Shown piece by piece: positions 1 through 8,587 of a stretch of 32,000 bases of DNA. Positions within the stretch are counted from its first letter, which is position 1, and the number at the start of each line of letters is the position of its first letter. Origin of the DNA: Parasynechococcus marenigrum WH 8102. Its GTDB lineage: Bacteria; Cyanobacteriota; Cyanobacteriia; PCC-6307; Cyanobiaceae. Where the stretch lies: NCBI RefSeq assembly GCF_000195975.1, contig NC_005070.1, forward strand, positions 180,001-212,000, read 5' to 3'. The position numbers and the translations under genes are program-made. Below the pieces are notes generated by a model. It saw only the letters and a program-made list of their open reading frames with translations, ran no database searches and had not been told where the DNA came from.

Positions 1-102
1 GGCGAAGTCCAGATCCTCCAGCACGTTCACACCGCCGAGCAAGGCGAAGGGGCGGTCGTTGGCGAAGGTGATGTCGCCGAGCTGAATCTGACGTGCTGTC
101 AT
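1..102 (-). CDS. kdsA: 3-deoxy-8-phosphooctulonate (Kdo-8-P) synthase, first 34 codons only (gene runs off the left edge)
   Basis: Reverse-strand ATG at 102-100. My translation MTARQIQLGDITFANDRPFALLGGVNVLEDLDFA matches the conserved KdsA N-terminus (E. coli ..[23 protein letters not shown]..). Absent from the ORF track because it is truncated. Confidence 0.7.
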   Translation of the reverse strand, partial: MTARQIQLGDITFANDRPFALLGGVNVLEDLDFA

Positions 103-172
103 CACCGACCACTGCTGCCAGGCGGAGCTTACCGGCTCTGTTTTGCGGGGTTATGAGCGATAGCCTCCAGCC

Positions 173-2566
173 ATGAGCTTTCTGGCCGGCCTCAACGACG
201 CCCAGCGCAGGGCGGTGGACCACCACGAAGGGCCCCTGCTGGTGGTGGCCGGTGCCGGCAGCGGCAAGACCCGCGCCCTCACCCATCGCATCGCCCATCT
301 GATCGGTGAGCACGGTGCTGATCCCGCCCAGATCCTGGCGGTGACCTTCACCAACAAGGCCGCCCGCGAGATGAAGGAGCGGCTGGAGGTGCTGCTGGCT
401 CAGAAGCTGGCCCAGAGCCAGTACGGCCAGCCCTGGAGCACCTTGCCGCCGGTTGATCAACGGCAGCTGCGCTCTCGGATTTACCGCGAGGTCAGCAAGG
501 AGTTGTGGATCGGCACCTTCCACGCCCTGTTCGCGCGGATGCTCCGCTATGACATCGACAAGTTCAAGGACGCTGAGGGGCTGAGCTGGACCAAGCAGTT
601 CTCGATCTACGACGAGGCCGATGCCCAGAGCCTGGTGAAGGAGATCGTCACCCAGGAACTGCAGCTGGATCCCAAGCGGTTCGAGCCGAAGAAGACCCGC
701 TGGGCCATCAGCAACGCCAAGAACCAGGGCTGGCTGCCGGATCAACTGGAAGCCAATGCTGAAGGTCAGCGGGGCAAGCTAACCGCCAATGTGTACCGCC
801 GCTACCGCAGGGCGCTGGCGGCGAACAATGCGCTGGATTTTGATGATCTGCTGTTGCTGCCGGTGCAGCTGCTTCAGCAGAACGAGCAGGTGCGTAGCTA
901 CTGGCACCGCCGCTTTGCCCATGTGTTGGTGGATGAGTATCAAGACACCAACCGCACCCAGTACGACCTGATCAAGCTGCTGGTCACCGATGGCAAAGAC
1001 CCGCAGACCTACAACAACTGGAGTGGGCGCTCGGTGTTCGTGGTGGGAGATGCCGACCAGAGCATCTACAGCTTCCGCGCCGCCGACTTCACGATCCTGA
1101 TGGGTTTTCAGGAGGACTTCGGTGATCAGGCGCCGGACGACGCCACCCGCACGATGGTGAAGTTGGAGGAGAACTACCGCTCCACCGCCACGATCCTCGC
1201 GGCGGCCAATGCCCTGATCGCCAACAACAGCGAGCGGATCGACAAGGTGCTGCGACCCACCCGCGGCGACGGGGAGTTGATCACCCTCACCCGTTGTGAT
1301 GACGAAATTGCCGAGGCCGAGGCGGTGGTGCATCGGCTGCGGACGATGGAGGCGGCCAACCCCGAGCTGAGCTGGGGAGATATGGCCGTGCTGTATCGCA
1401 CCAATGCCCAGTCTCGCTCGATCGAGGAATCGCTGGTGCGCTGGGGTATCCCCTACATCGTTGTAGGGGGTCTGCGCTTCTACGACCGGCGGGAGATCAA
1501 GGATCTGCTGGCCTATCTGAGGCTGTTGGTGAATCCGGCGGACACCGTCAGCCTGCTGCGGGTGATCAATGTGCCCAAACGGGGCATCGGCAAGACCACG
1601 ATTCAGCGGCTCACCGATGCCGCCAATCAACTGGGGATCCCGCTCTGGGATGTGGTGAGTGATGCCGAAGCCGTGCGATCCCTGGGGGGACGGTCGGCCC
1701 GTGGTCTGCTGCAGTTCTGCGAGCTGCTCCATGACCTGCGGCGTCAGGTGCAGGAGGTGGCTCCGTCCGAGCTGATCCAGCAGGTGATGGAGAAAAGCGG
1801 CTACATCAGCGAACTGATCGCGGAAGGCACCGATGAAGCGGAGGAACGCCGCCGCAACCTGCAGGAATTGGTCAATGCCGCTCTTCAGTACCAGGAGGAG
1901 AACGAGGAGGGGGATCTCGAAGGCTTCCTGGCTACGGCAGCGTTGTCCAGCGATGCCGACAGCAAGGACACCGCAGCGGATCGGGTCACCCTGATGACTT
2001 TGCACAGCAGCAAGGGCCTGGAGTTCCCGGTGGTGTGTCTGGTGGGTTTGGAGCAGGGCCTGTTCCCCAGCTACCGCTCCCTCGATGATCCGGCCTCCCT
2101 GGAGGAGGAGCGTCGCCTCTGCTATGTCGGCATCACTCGCGCCAAGGAGCGCCTGTTTCTCTCCCATGCCAGTGAGCGTCGGCTCTGGGGTGGCATGCGC
2201 GAAGCCGCCGTGCCGTCGGTATTTCTTTCAGAGCTGCCGGAGGCCCTGGTGCAGGGGGATCTCCCCCAGAGCGGTGGAGCGGCCCTGCGCCGCGAACGGC
2301 GGCTGGAGCGGCTCACCCGTGTGGATCGTGATCGTCCCAGCTCGGCGCCGGCCAATGCGGTGCGCCGCCGCCAGGCGGGTCCGGCCCCCGGGCGCAGCTG
2401 GAGCGTTGGTGATCGCGTCACCCATGCCAGCTTCGGGGTCGGCGAGATCACTCACACCTTCGGTAGTGGTGAGAAGGTGTCGATCGCGGTGAAGTTCGCT
2501 GGGATGGGCCCGAAGATCCTCGATCCGCGGTTGGCGCCGATCGAGCCGATTGCTGCCGATGGCTGA
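173..2566 (+). CDS. pcrA: ATP-dependent DNA helicase, UvrD/PcrA family (SF1)
   Basis: 797-aa ORF. Walker A AGAGSGKT near the N-terminus, VDEYQDTN (motif II), VGDADQSIYSFRAA, EENYRS, MTLHSSKGLEFPVV, YVGITRAKERL. C-terminal Tudor-like GDRVTHASFGVGEI. Confidence 0.95.
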   Translation: MSFLAGLNDAQRRAVDHHEGPLLVVAGAGSGKTRALTHRIAHLIGEHGADPAQILAVTFTNKAAREMKERLEVLLAQKLAQSQYGQPWSTLPPVDQRQLRSRIYREVSKELWIGTFHALFARMLRYDIDKFKDAEGLSWTKQFSIYDEADAQSLVKEIVTQELQLDPKRFEPKKTRWAISNAKNQGWLPDQLEANAEGQRGKLTANVYRRYRRALAANNALDFDDLLLLPVQLLQQNEQVRSYWHRRFAHVLVDEYQDTNRTQYDLIKLLVTDGKDPQTYNNWSGRSVFVVGDADQSIYSFRAADFTILMGFQEDFGDQAPDDATRTMVKLEENYRSTATILAAANALIANNSERIDKVLRPTRGDGELITLTRCDDEIAEAEAVVHRLRTMEAANPELSWGDMAVLYRTNAQSRSIEESLVRWGIPYIVVGGLRFYDRREIKDLLAYLRLLVNPADTVSLLRVINVPKRGIGKTTIQRLTDAANQLGIPLWDVVSDAEAVRSLGGRSARGLLQFCELLHDLRRQVQEVAPSELIQQVMEKSGYISELIAEGTDEAEERRRNLQELVNAALQYQEENEEGDLEGFLATAALSSDADSKDTAADRVTLMTLHSSKGLEFPVVCLVGLEQGLFPSYRSLDDPASLEEERRLCYVGITRAKERLFLSHASERRLWGGMREAAVPSVFLSELPEALVQGDLPQSGGAALRRERRLERLTRVDRDRPSSAPANAVRRRQAGPAPGRSWSVGDRVTHASFGVGEITHTFGSGEKVSIAVKFAGMGPKILDPRLAPIEPIAADG

Positions 2567-3428
2567 GCCCGGTTTGCTGCTCATCCGTGGACTCGGCCAC
2601 AGCGGCAGCACCATCCTTGACCTGGCCCTCGGAGCCCATCCGCAGCTGATTGGCCTGGGGGAGGCGGTGCGGGTGCTGGAGCGCCCCCGTCTCGGTGAAG
2701 AGCACAAGGGGCCGCAGCAACTGCGGGGTGATCTCCGCTTCGAACGTCGCTGCACCTGTGGTGAGCTGGCCGGCGACTGTCCGGTGTGGGGACCGCTGCT
2801 GGCGTGGTTGCCAGCCCACGACGATCGCCCCCTGGCAGAGAAGTTCAACCGTTTGATTGAGCCGTTGACTGCCACGTCACCCCGCTGGTTGGTGGAGTCA
2901 TTTCAGGCGGACGAGCAACTGCTGGACGCTCAAGCGCTGGGTCGTCCTGTGCGGGTGATTCAGCTCACCCGTGATGTGCGCTCCTGGGTGCATTCGGAAT
3001 CGCGGCGTGGTGTGGAGCGCCATGGCCGCGGTGGAACCGTGGGCTGGCGCTCCATGCTGCGTTGGTGGCGCATCAATCGCCGTTGGGAGCAACGCTTGAA
3101 CCGCTCCGGTTGTGCAGTGTTTCGGCTCGGCTACGAGGAGTTGGCCCTGGCTCCGGAGCAGGCCCTGCGAAAGATCTGCGCTTGGCTTGAGATTGGCTTT
3201 GATCCGGCGATGCTCCAGCCGGGGCTGAACTCGAGCAGTCACATCGTCAGTGGCAACCGCATGCGGTTCGACCCTGGTCAGAGCCAGGCGATTCGTTACG
3301 ACGCGGCCTGGCTCTCCTCTGCGGCCCTGTCGCTTCGGGTTGCGCCGTTGCTGCCAGCCGTGGCCCGTCTGAACCGCCGGCTCGTCTACAGCAATGGTTT
3401 GCTCGGACGTGTCTGGCCCTCGGCCTAA
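2559..3428 (+). CDS. sulfotransferase family protein
   Basis: ATG at 2559 overlaps the pcrA stop (2564-2566) by 8 nt; the ORF track opens at TTG 2550. N-terminal PAPS 5'-phosphosulfate loop LIRGLGHSGSTIL and 3'-phosphate motif QLTRDVRSWVHSESRR. Confidence 0.7.
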   Translation: MAEPGLLLIRGLGHSGSTILDLALGAHPQLIGLGEAVRVLERPRLGEEHKGPQQLRGDLRFERRCTCGELAGDCPVWGPLLAWLPAHDDRPLAEKFNRLIEPLTATSPRWLVESFQADEQLLDAQALGRPVRVIQLTRDVRSWVHSESRRGVERHGRGGTVGWRSMLRWWRINRRWEQRLNRSGCAVFRLGYEELALAPEQALRKICAWLEIGFDPAMLQPGLNSSSHIVSGNRMRFDPGQSQAIRYDAAWLSSAALSLRVAPLLPAVARLNRRLVYSNGLLGRVWPSA

Positions 3429-4164
3429 CCTCCCTGCCAGCCACCACCGGCCCGTGTCCACCGTTCCCTCGCCGATTCCGATTTTCATCGGCTACGACCC
3501 TCGGGAACGGGCCGCCACCAATGTGCTGATCGACAGCCTGTATCAGCTCAGCAGTGTGCCGTTGGCGATCACGCCGTTGGTGACGCCCCAGTTGGAAGCT
3601 CAGGGCTTGTATCAGCGCGAACGCGATCCCAAACAGAGCACGGCCTTCTCCTTCACCCGCTTCCTCGTGCCGCATCTGATGGGATACGAGGGCTGGGCCC
3701 TGTTCATGGATTGCGACATGCTCTGCCGGGGGGACATCAAGCAGCTGTGGGACCAGCGCGATGACCGCTACGGCGCGATGTGCGTCCAGCACGAACATGT
3801 GCCCGGTGAGACGGTGAAATTTCTTGGTGAGGTGCAGAGCGCTTACCCGAAGAAGAACTGGAGTTCGCTGATGCTGCTCAATTGCAGCCGCTGCTCAACG
3901 CTCACTGTTGATTACGTCAACTCCGCCAGCGGCCTGGAGCTGCACCGCTTTCATTGGCTTGCTGGGGACCATGAGATCGGCGCCATCCAGGGCGGTTGGA
4001 ATCACCTGGTGGACGTGCAGGCCCCACCGGAGCCCCTGGACGCCTCGCCGATGTTGCACTGGACCCTTGGCGGTCCCTGGTTCCGCGAGCAGCGCACCAT
4101 GGGCGGGCCGTTGGCGGCGGAATGGTTCAGCGCCCGGGATGATGCGATGAAGCTCTGGGATTGA
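3394..4164 (+). CDS. putative GT-A (GT8-like, DxD) glycosyltransferase
   Basis: 256-aa ORF with FMDCDMLCRGDIKQLW (DxD plus the LW pattern of GT8-type enzymes) and NWSSLMLLNC. Start uncertain: ATG 3394 overlaps the upstream gene by 35 nt, and in-frame GTG 3454 is an alternative. The stop overlaps the kdsB ATG (TGATG at 4162-4166). Confidence 0.5.
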   Translation: MVCSDVSGPRPNLPASHHRPVSTVPSPIPIFIGYDPRERAATNVLIDSLYQLSSVPLAITPLVTPQLEAQGLYQRERDPKQSTAFSFTRFLVPHLMGYEGWALFMDCDMLCRGDIKQLWDQRDDRYGAMCVQHEHVPGETVKFLGEVQSAYPKKNWSSLMLLNCSRCSTLTVDYVNSASGLELHRFHWLAGDHEIGAIQGGWNHLVDVQAPPEPLDASPMLHWTLGGPWFREQRTMGGPLAAEWFSARDDAMKLWD

Positions 4165-4943
4165 TGGCGATTCAACAGGCGGTGGTGGCGGTTCCGGCCC
4201 GTCTGCAGTCCTCCCGGCTGCCGAACAAGGTGCTGGCAGAAATCGGGGGGAAACCGATGATCCAGCGGGTGCTGGAACGCTGCCGTGAGGCGTCCACCGT
4301 GCAGGCGGTGGTGCTCTGCACCGACAGTTCTCAGCTGCAGCAGCTGGCGGAAGGCTGGGGCTTTCCGGTGCTGATGACCTCTTCCGATTGCAGTTCCGGC
4401 AGTGAGCGAATTGCATCGGTGGCCGACCAGCTGATGGCGCTGGCCTGGAGGGAGGGCCCGGCCGTGGCGGAGCAGACCGCCGTGATCAATGTGCAGGGGG
4501 ATCAGCCGTTCATCGATCCTGCGGTGATCGACGCGATGGTGGCGGAGTTTCAGCGCCTGGATCCCGTCCCGGCCGTTGTTACCCCGGTGTATGGCCTCAG
4601 CCCGGAAACCATCCACAACCCCAATGTGGTGAAAACCCTGCTGGCCCATGACGGACGGGCGCTGTATTTCTCCCGCTCCGCTATCCCGCACGTGCGGGAC
4701 GTTGATCCGACGGATTGGCACCGCCACACCACCTACTGGGGCCATGTGGGCATGTATGGCTTCCGGGGGGATGTGCTGGCCGCCTGGGATCAGCTGCCGG
4801 CGTCACCGCTGGAGGATCTGGAGCGGCTGGAGCAGTTGCGCCTGATCGAGGCGGGGCACACCATCGCTACGTTCCCTGTCGCCGGAACCTCCCTCTCGGT
4901 GGACACAGCAGAGCAGTTGGAACAGGCGCGCTCGATGGTCTGA
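4164..4943 (+). CDS. kdsB: 3-deoxy-manno-octulosonate cytidylyltransferase (CMP-Kdo synthetase)
   Basis: AVVAVPARLQSSRLPNKVLAEIGGKPMIQRV N-terminus, NVQGDQPFIDP, YWGHVGMYGFR and LEQLRLIE are typical KdsB/KpsU motifs. Confidence 0.9.
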   Translation: MAIQQAVVAVPARLQSSRLPNKVLAEIGGKPMIQRVLERCREASTVQAVVLCTDSSQLQQLAEGWGFPVLMTSSDCSSGSERIASVADQLMALAWREGPAVAEQTAVINVQGDQPFIDPAVIDAMVAEFQRLDPVPAVVTPVYGLSPETIHNPNVVKTLLAHDGRALYFSRSAIPHVRDVDPTDWHRHTTYWGHVGMYGFRGDVLAAWDQLPASPLEDLERLEQLRLIEAGHTIATFPVAGTSLSVDTAEQLEQARSMV

Positions 4944-4951
4944 GCCATAGC

Positions 4952-5797
4952 TCAGCGCGCCGAACACCATCGGCTGGCGGTCGGCCAGAGCCGGGTGAGA
5001 TCAAGCTCCGGGCAATGGAGCTGAACGGCCGCCAGGGTCGGTTCCTGCCATTGCCCCAGCTGCTTCAGCAGCTCCTCCGGCAGGTCCGTGTCGGTTCGGC
5101 TCACATTCACCCGTTGTTCCCACTGCGGTTCCTGGTACCGCACTCCGAGGAACCGGCAGAGTTCAGCCCAGCAGTTCTGATGAAACATCTGCTCATAGGT
5201 GGCGATGAAGCAGTGCTTCAGGCCGAAGCTGTCCTTGAGGGCCGTGAGGGTGTGGCCGTAGTCACTGCGCAGATTGATCCGTTCCGGGCGCTCGCGGCAG
5301 AGATCACACAGGGCCTGGATTTCGCCGGTGCTGTCCTGTAGCCCCTGCTTGCGCCGTTGCATGCGCAGGCTGGAGACGATGCGCTCGATCGGGTCCCGCA
5401 TCAGGAACAGCGGCTTTACCGGAATCCCTTGGTTGATGAAGCCAGTGCGAATGGTAAGCAGGGTGGCGGCGCTGAGCCCGCAGTAGGAGGGCGTGATGTC
5501 CCCTGTGAGTTGGATTCCCGGACGCCGCAGCAGCCTGGCGAAGTAGGCGTAGTACCGCTCGGGGCGGTCCAGGAAACGTTGGCGACGCCAGGTGCGGGGC
5601 TTCAACAGCGAGCGGCGGCTGCGGCCGCTGAAGCCTGCGGCCGGCAGGGTGAGCGCGTCATGGATGTGGTATTCCTTCAAGAAGCCGAAATCAGCGTCCC
5701 GGCGTCGGTTCAGCTGGGCGTGGAGCCAGGACGTGCCGGCCTTCTGGGCCCCGAGCCCCAGCAGGAACACCCCAGGCGCGTCAGTCGTTGCGGTCAC
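4952..5797 (-). CDS. sulfotransferase family protein
   Basis: GTG start at 5797. PAPS loop LGAQKAGTSWLH and 3'-PB motif LMRDPIERIVSSLRMQ. Overlaps the kdsC stop by 17 nt (same strand). Its stop lies only 8 nt from the kdsB stop (convergent). Confidence 0.75.
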   Translation of the reverse strand: MTATTDAPGVFLLGLGAQKAGTSWLHAQLNRRRDADFGFLKEYHIHDALTLPAAGFSGRSRRSLLKPRTWRRQRFLDRPERYYAYFARLLRRPGIQLTGDITPSYCGLSAATLLTIRTGFINQGIPVKPLFLMRDPIERIVSSLRMQRRKQGLQDSTGEIQALCDLCRERPERINLRSDYGHTLTALKDSFGLKHCFIATYEQMFHQNCWAELCRFLGVRYQEPQWEQRVNVSRTDTDLPEELLKQLGQWQEPTLAAVQLHCPELDLTRLWPTASRWCSAR

Positions 5798-6347
5798 GCC
5801 AACCCCTTCGGCTCAAGCTGCGCCAGCCATCGCGGGCTTGAAGGATCCGTTCCGCCAGCTCCCGTACGGCCCCATGACCGCCGCGGCGGCAGAGCACCAG
5901 ATCGGCACCCCGGCGCACGGGAGCGCAGGCATCGGCGGGCGCCAGCAGCAGACCCACCATTGGTCGCACGGCCAGGTCATTGAGATCGTCGCCGACAAAG
6001 ACGGTCTGCGAGACGGTCACCCCCACCTGCTGCTGCAGGGTCTGCAGGGCAGCGGGTTTGTCCTTGATGCCCACCAGGCAGTGTTCGATCCCCAGTTGGC
6101 GGGCCCGCACTTCGGTCGCGCCGCCACGGCCACCGCTGAGAAAAGCGATCTGCACCCCTGCCTGCAGCAGCAGACGGATGCCCAGGCCATCCCGCACGTC
6201 GAAGCGTTTGATCAGTTGCCCGTCGGCATCGAACCAGAGCCCACCATCGGTGAGCACACCATCCACATCCAGCACCAGCAGCTGCAGCTGGTTCAGCTGG
6301 CGGCGCAGTCTCCACCAGCCCAGCTGGTTCAAGCCCGGCAGGCTCAT
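5781..6347 (-). CDS. kdsC: Kdo-8-phosphate phosphatase (HAD superfamily, KdsC type)
   Basis: LLVLDVDGVLTDGGLWFDADGQLIKRFDVRDGLGIRLL, SGGRG and FVGDDLNDL are HAD motifs I-III in the KdsC arrangement. ATGA overlap with the kdsD stop (6344-6347). Confidence 0.85.
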   Translation of the reverse strand: MSLPGLNQLGWWRLRRQLNQLQLLVLDVDGVLTDGGLWFDADGQLIKRFDVRDGLGIRLLLQAGVQIAFLSGGRGGATEVRARQLGIEHCLVGIKDKPAALQTLQQQVGVTVSQTVFVGDDLNDLAVRPMVGLLLAPADACAPVRRGADLVLCRRGGHGAVRELAERILQARDGWRSLSRRGWRDRND

Positions 6348-7363
6348 GCCAGCCCTGCCTGCACCAGATCATGGAGCCGTAGCAGCCCCAGCAACCGTTT
6401 CTGCTCCCCCACCACAGGCAGCACCGAGATCGGTTTGCGGCGGTTGTGTTCCATCTGTTCCAAGGCCTTCACCACCAGCACATCACCGTTCACGGTGATT
6501 GGGTCCCTGGTCATCAGATCGGCTGCCGTCAGGCTGCTCCAGCTGTCGGCACTGTGGTCCTGTAGTGCTCGGCGCAGATCGCCGTCGGTGAGCAGTCCCA
6601 CCAGGGAGCCAGGCTGCTCCGGATGCTCCACCCAGCCACTGCCGATGCCGTCGCGGGTCAGACCGCCAATCACCTCAGGCAGGGGGGTATGAGGGTGCAG
6701 GGGATGCAGCTTGCTCACCGGCACCATCAGGTCGGCTGCCGTCAGCGTGAGTTGTTTACCCAATGATCCAGCCGGATGATTGAGGGCGAAATCAGCGGGC
6801 GAAATGCCGCGCCGTTCCATCCACACGGCCGCCAGGGCATCGCCGATGGCCATCGCCACCGCGGTGCTGGCGGTGGGAGCGAGATTGAGAGGGCATACCT
6901 CTCGGTCCACCCCGGCTTCCAGCACCACATCGCTGCCGCGGGCCAGGGAAGAGTCGGCCCGGCCGACGATGGCGATCCGGCCCGTGCCGCGCCGTTTGAG
7001 GTGGGGCAGCACCTCCAGCAGTTCTTCTGTTTCGCCGGAATTGGACAGCAGCAGGCAAACGTCCTCCGGGGCCACCACCCCCAGATCCCCGTGCAGGGCG
7101 TCCAGGGGGTTGAGGAACAGGGCCATCAGGCCGATTGAGGAGAACGTGGCGGCGATCTTGCGGGCCACGATGCCGCTTTTGCCCACACCGGTGATCACCA
7201 GCTTGGCCTTGCGGTCTGCACAGCGCTCCAGAAGCAGCAGGGCTGCTTCCACCTGATCACTGCTGAGCCGTTCCGCCGCTGCAGCGATGGCGGAGGCTTC
7301 CTCCTGCAAACAGCGAGTGAGAGCGGACAACGCCGGGATCCGTGATGATCTGACCATTGTCAT
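6344..7363 (-). CDS. kdsD: arabinose-5-phosphate isomerase (SIS domain plus tandem CBS), KdsD/KpsF type
   Basis: VITGVGKSGIVARKIAATFSSIG (SIS), LLLSNSGETEE, then two CBS-like repeats (LTAADLMVP.., LTAADLMTRDPITV..). Confidence 0.9.
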   Translation of the reverse strand: MTMVRSSRIPALSALTRCLQEEASAIAAAAERLSSDQVEAALLLLERCADRKAKLVITGVGKSGIVARKIAATFSSIGLMALFLNPLDALHGDLGVVAPEDVCLLLSNSGETEELLEVLPHLKRRGTGRIAIVGRADSSLARGSDVVLEAGVDREVCPLNLAPTASTAVAMAIGDALAAVWMERRGISPADFALNHPAGSLGKQLTLTAADLMVPVSKLHPLHPHTPLPEVIGGLTRDGIGSGWVEHPEQPGSLVGLLTDGDLRRALQDHSADSWSSLTAADLMTRDPITVNGDVLVVKALEQMEHNRRKPISVLPVVGEQKRLLGLLRLHDLVQAGLA

Positions 7364-7375
7364 GCACGCCCCGCA

Positions 7376-8587
7376 ATGGATCTGCCGGCTGTGCCGTCAG
7401 CCCTGCTGGATGCCCTCAAGGCGGCAGCCACCGAAGCCGGTGTGCCGCGTCTGGCGCTGGTGGGGGGTGTGGTGCGGGATTTGCTGCTGCATCAACGCCA
7501 TGGCCGTCCCTGGACTGGCGTTCCCGATCTGGATTGGGTGGTGGAGGGCAGCGCCGCCCATCTGGCGGATGTGCTGCAAGAGCGTTGCGGGACTGAACGG
7601 GTGAGCGGTGTTCAGCATCACGGTCAGTTCGGCACGGTGGCCCTGAACCTCGATGGCGTGCCCCTCGACCTGGCCACGGCGCGGCAGGAGCACTATCCGC
7701 GGCCAGCAGAGAACCCTGTGGTGCAGCCCGGGTCGTTGGCGGCGGATCTGGTGCGGCGTGATCTCACGATCAATGCCATGGCCCTCGATCTAATGTCCGG
7801 GGAGTTGATCGATCTCCACGGCGGCCAGAGCGATCTGGCCGCAGGCCGTCTGCAGTTTCTTCATCCCGGCAGCATCAGCGATGACCCCACCCGGGTGATC
7901 CGGGCTGCGCGTTATGGCGCTCGGTTGGGGATTGACCTGGGTTCCGAGGCCCTTGAACAGGTGGGTGCGACCGTCGCGGCCTGGCCCTGGGCCTGGCATG
8001 TGGGGAATGCGCCGGAGACGGCACCGCCGGCCCTGGCCAGCAGGTTGCGGATGGAGCTGGAGCGGCTGCTGGACCATGAACCGTGGCCCATCGCGTTGGA
8101 CCTGCTGGAGTCCTGGCAGGCCATGGCTCTGGTGGACCCCTGCTTGCAGCGTGATCCCGAACGAACCCGACGTCTGCGTTGGGGGCAACGCCTCGGGCTG
8201 CCGCTGATGACGGCGCTGTTGGCGGCTGCGGCTGATCCAGGGGCTGTGGCGCGCCGCCTGCAGATTCCCGGCGAGCAGCAGCAATGGTTGGAACGGCTGC
8301 CATCGCTGCAGGGCTGGTTGGGGTCGCATCCACTGCCCATCCATGCATCCCCAGATGCATGGACGACAGCACTTGAGCGCGGTGGTTGGCCGCCGCAGAC
8401 GGTGGCGCTGATGGTGACGCTGCGGCCTGCGGCGTGGAGGCCACTTCTGCGTTGGTGGGGCCGCTGGCGGCACATTCCGTCGCCCCAGAGTGCGCGCCAG
8501 TTGATCGCTGAGGGATGGCAACCGGGACCAGGTCTGGGTGAGGAATTGCGTCGCCGTCGCGGCGTGCTGCTGGATCAGGGGCGATGA
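7376..8587 (+). CDS. class II nucleotidyltransferase (CCA-adding enzyme / poly(A) polymerase family)
   Basis: LALVGGVVRDLLL...VPDLDWVV (GGxVRD..DxD head motif), RRDLTINAMA and DPTRVIRAARY. No HD domain visible. Its ATG lies 12 nt from the divergent kdsD ATG. Confidence 0.75.
   Translation: MDLPAVPSALLDALKAAATEAGVPRLALVGGVVRDLLLHQRHGRPWTGVPDLDWVVEGSAAHLADVLQERCGTERVSGVQHHGQFGTVALNLDGVPLDLATARQEHYPRPAENPVVQPGSLAADLVRRDLTINAMALDLMSGELIDLHGGQSDLAAGRLQFLHPGSISDDPTRVIRAARYGARLGIDLGSEALEQVGATVAAWPWAWHVGNAPETAPPALASRLRMELERLLDHEPWPIALDLLESWQAMALVDPCLQRDPERTRRLRWGQRLGLPLMTALLAAAADPGAVARRLQIPGEQQQWLERLPSLQGWLGSHPLPIHASPDAWTTALERGGWPPQTVALMVTLRPAAWRPLLRWWGRWRHIPSPQSARQLIAEGWQPGPGLGEELRRRRGVLLDQGR

Noticed and set aside
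779-2167. 462-aa ORF antisense to pcrA. Similar long shadow ORFs: 5592-6692 (+), 7790-8767 (-), 24123-25286 (-), 27243-28022 (+), 30541-31611 (+), 4002-4745 (-).
   Set aside because: Each lies fully inside, and antisense or out of frame to, a gene with strong family motifs. Their products are Arg/Pro/Gly/Ala/His-rich low-complexity strings with no recognisable motifs. Stop-free shadow frames of this kind are expected at this GC content.
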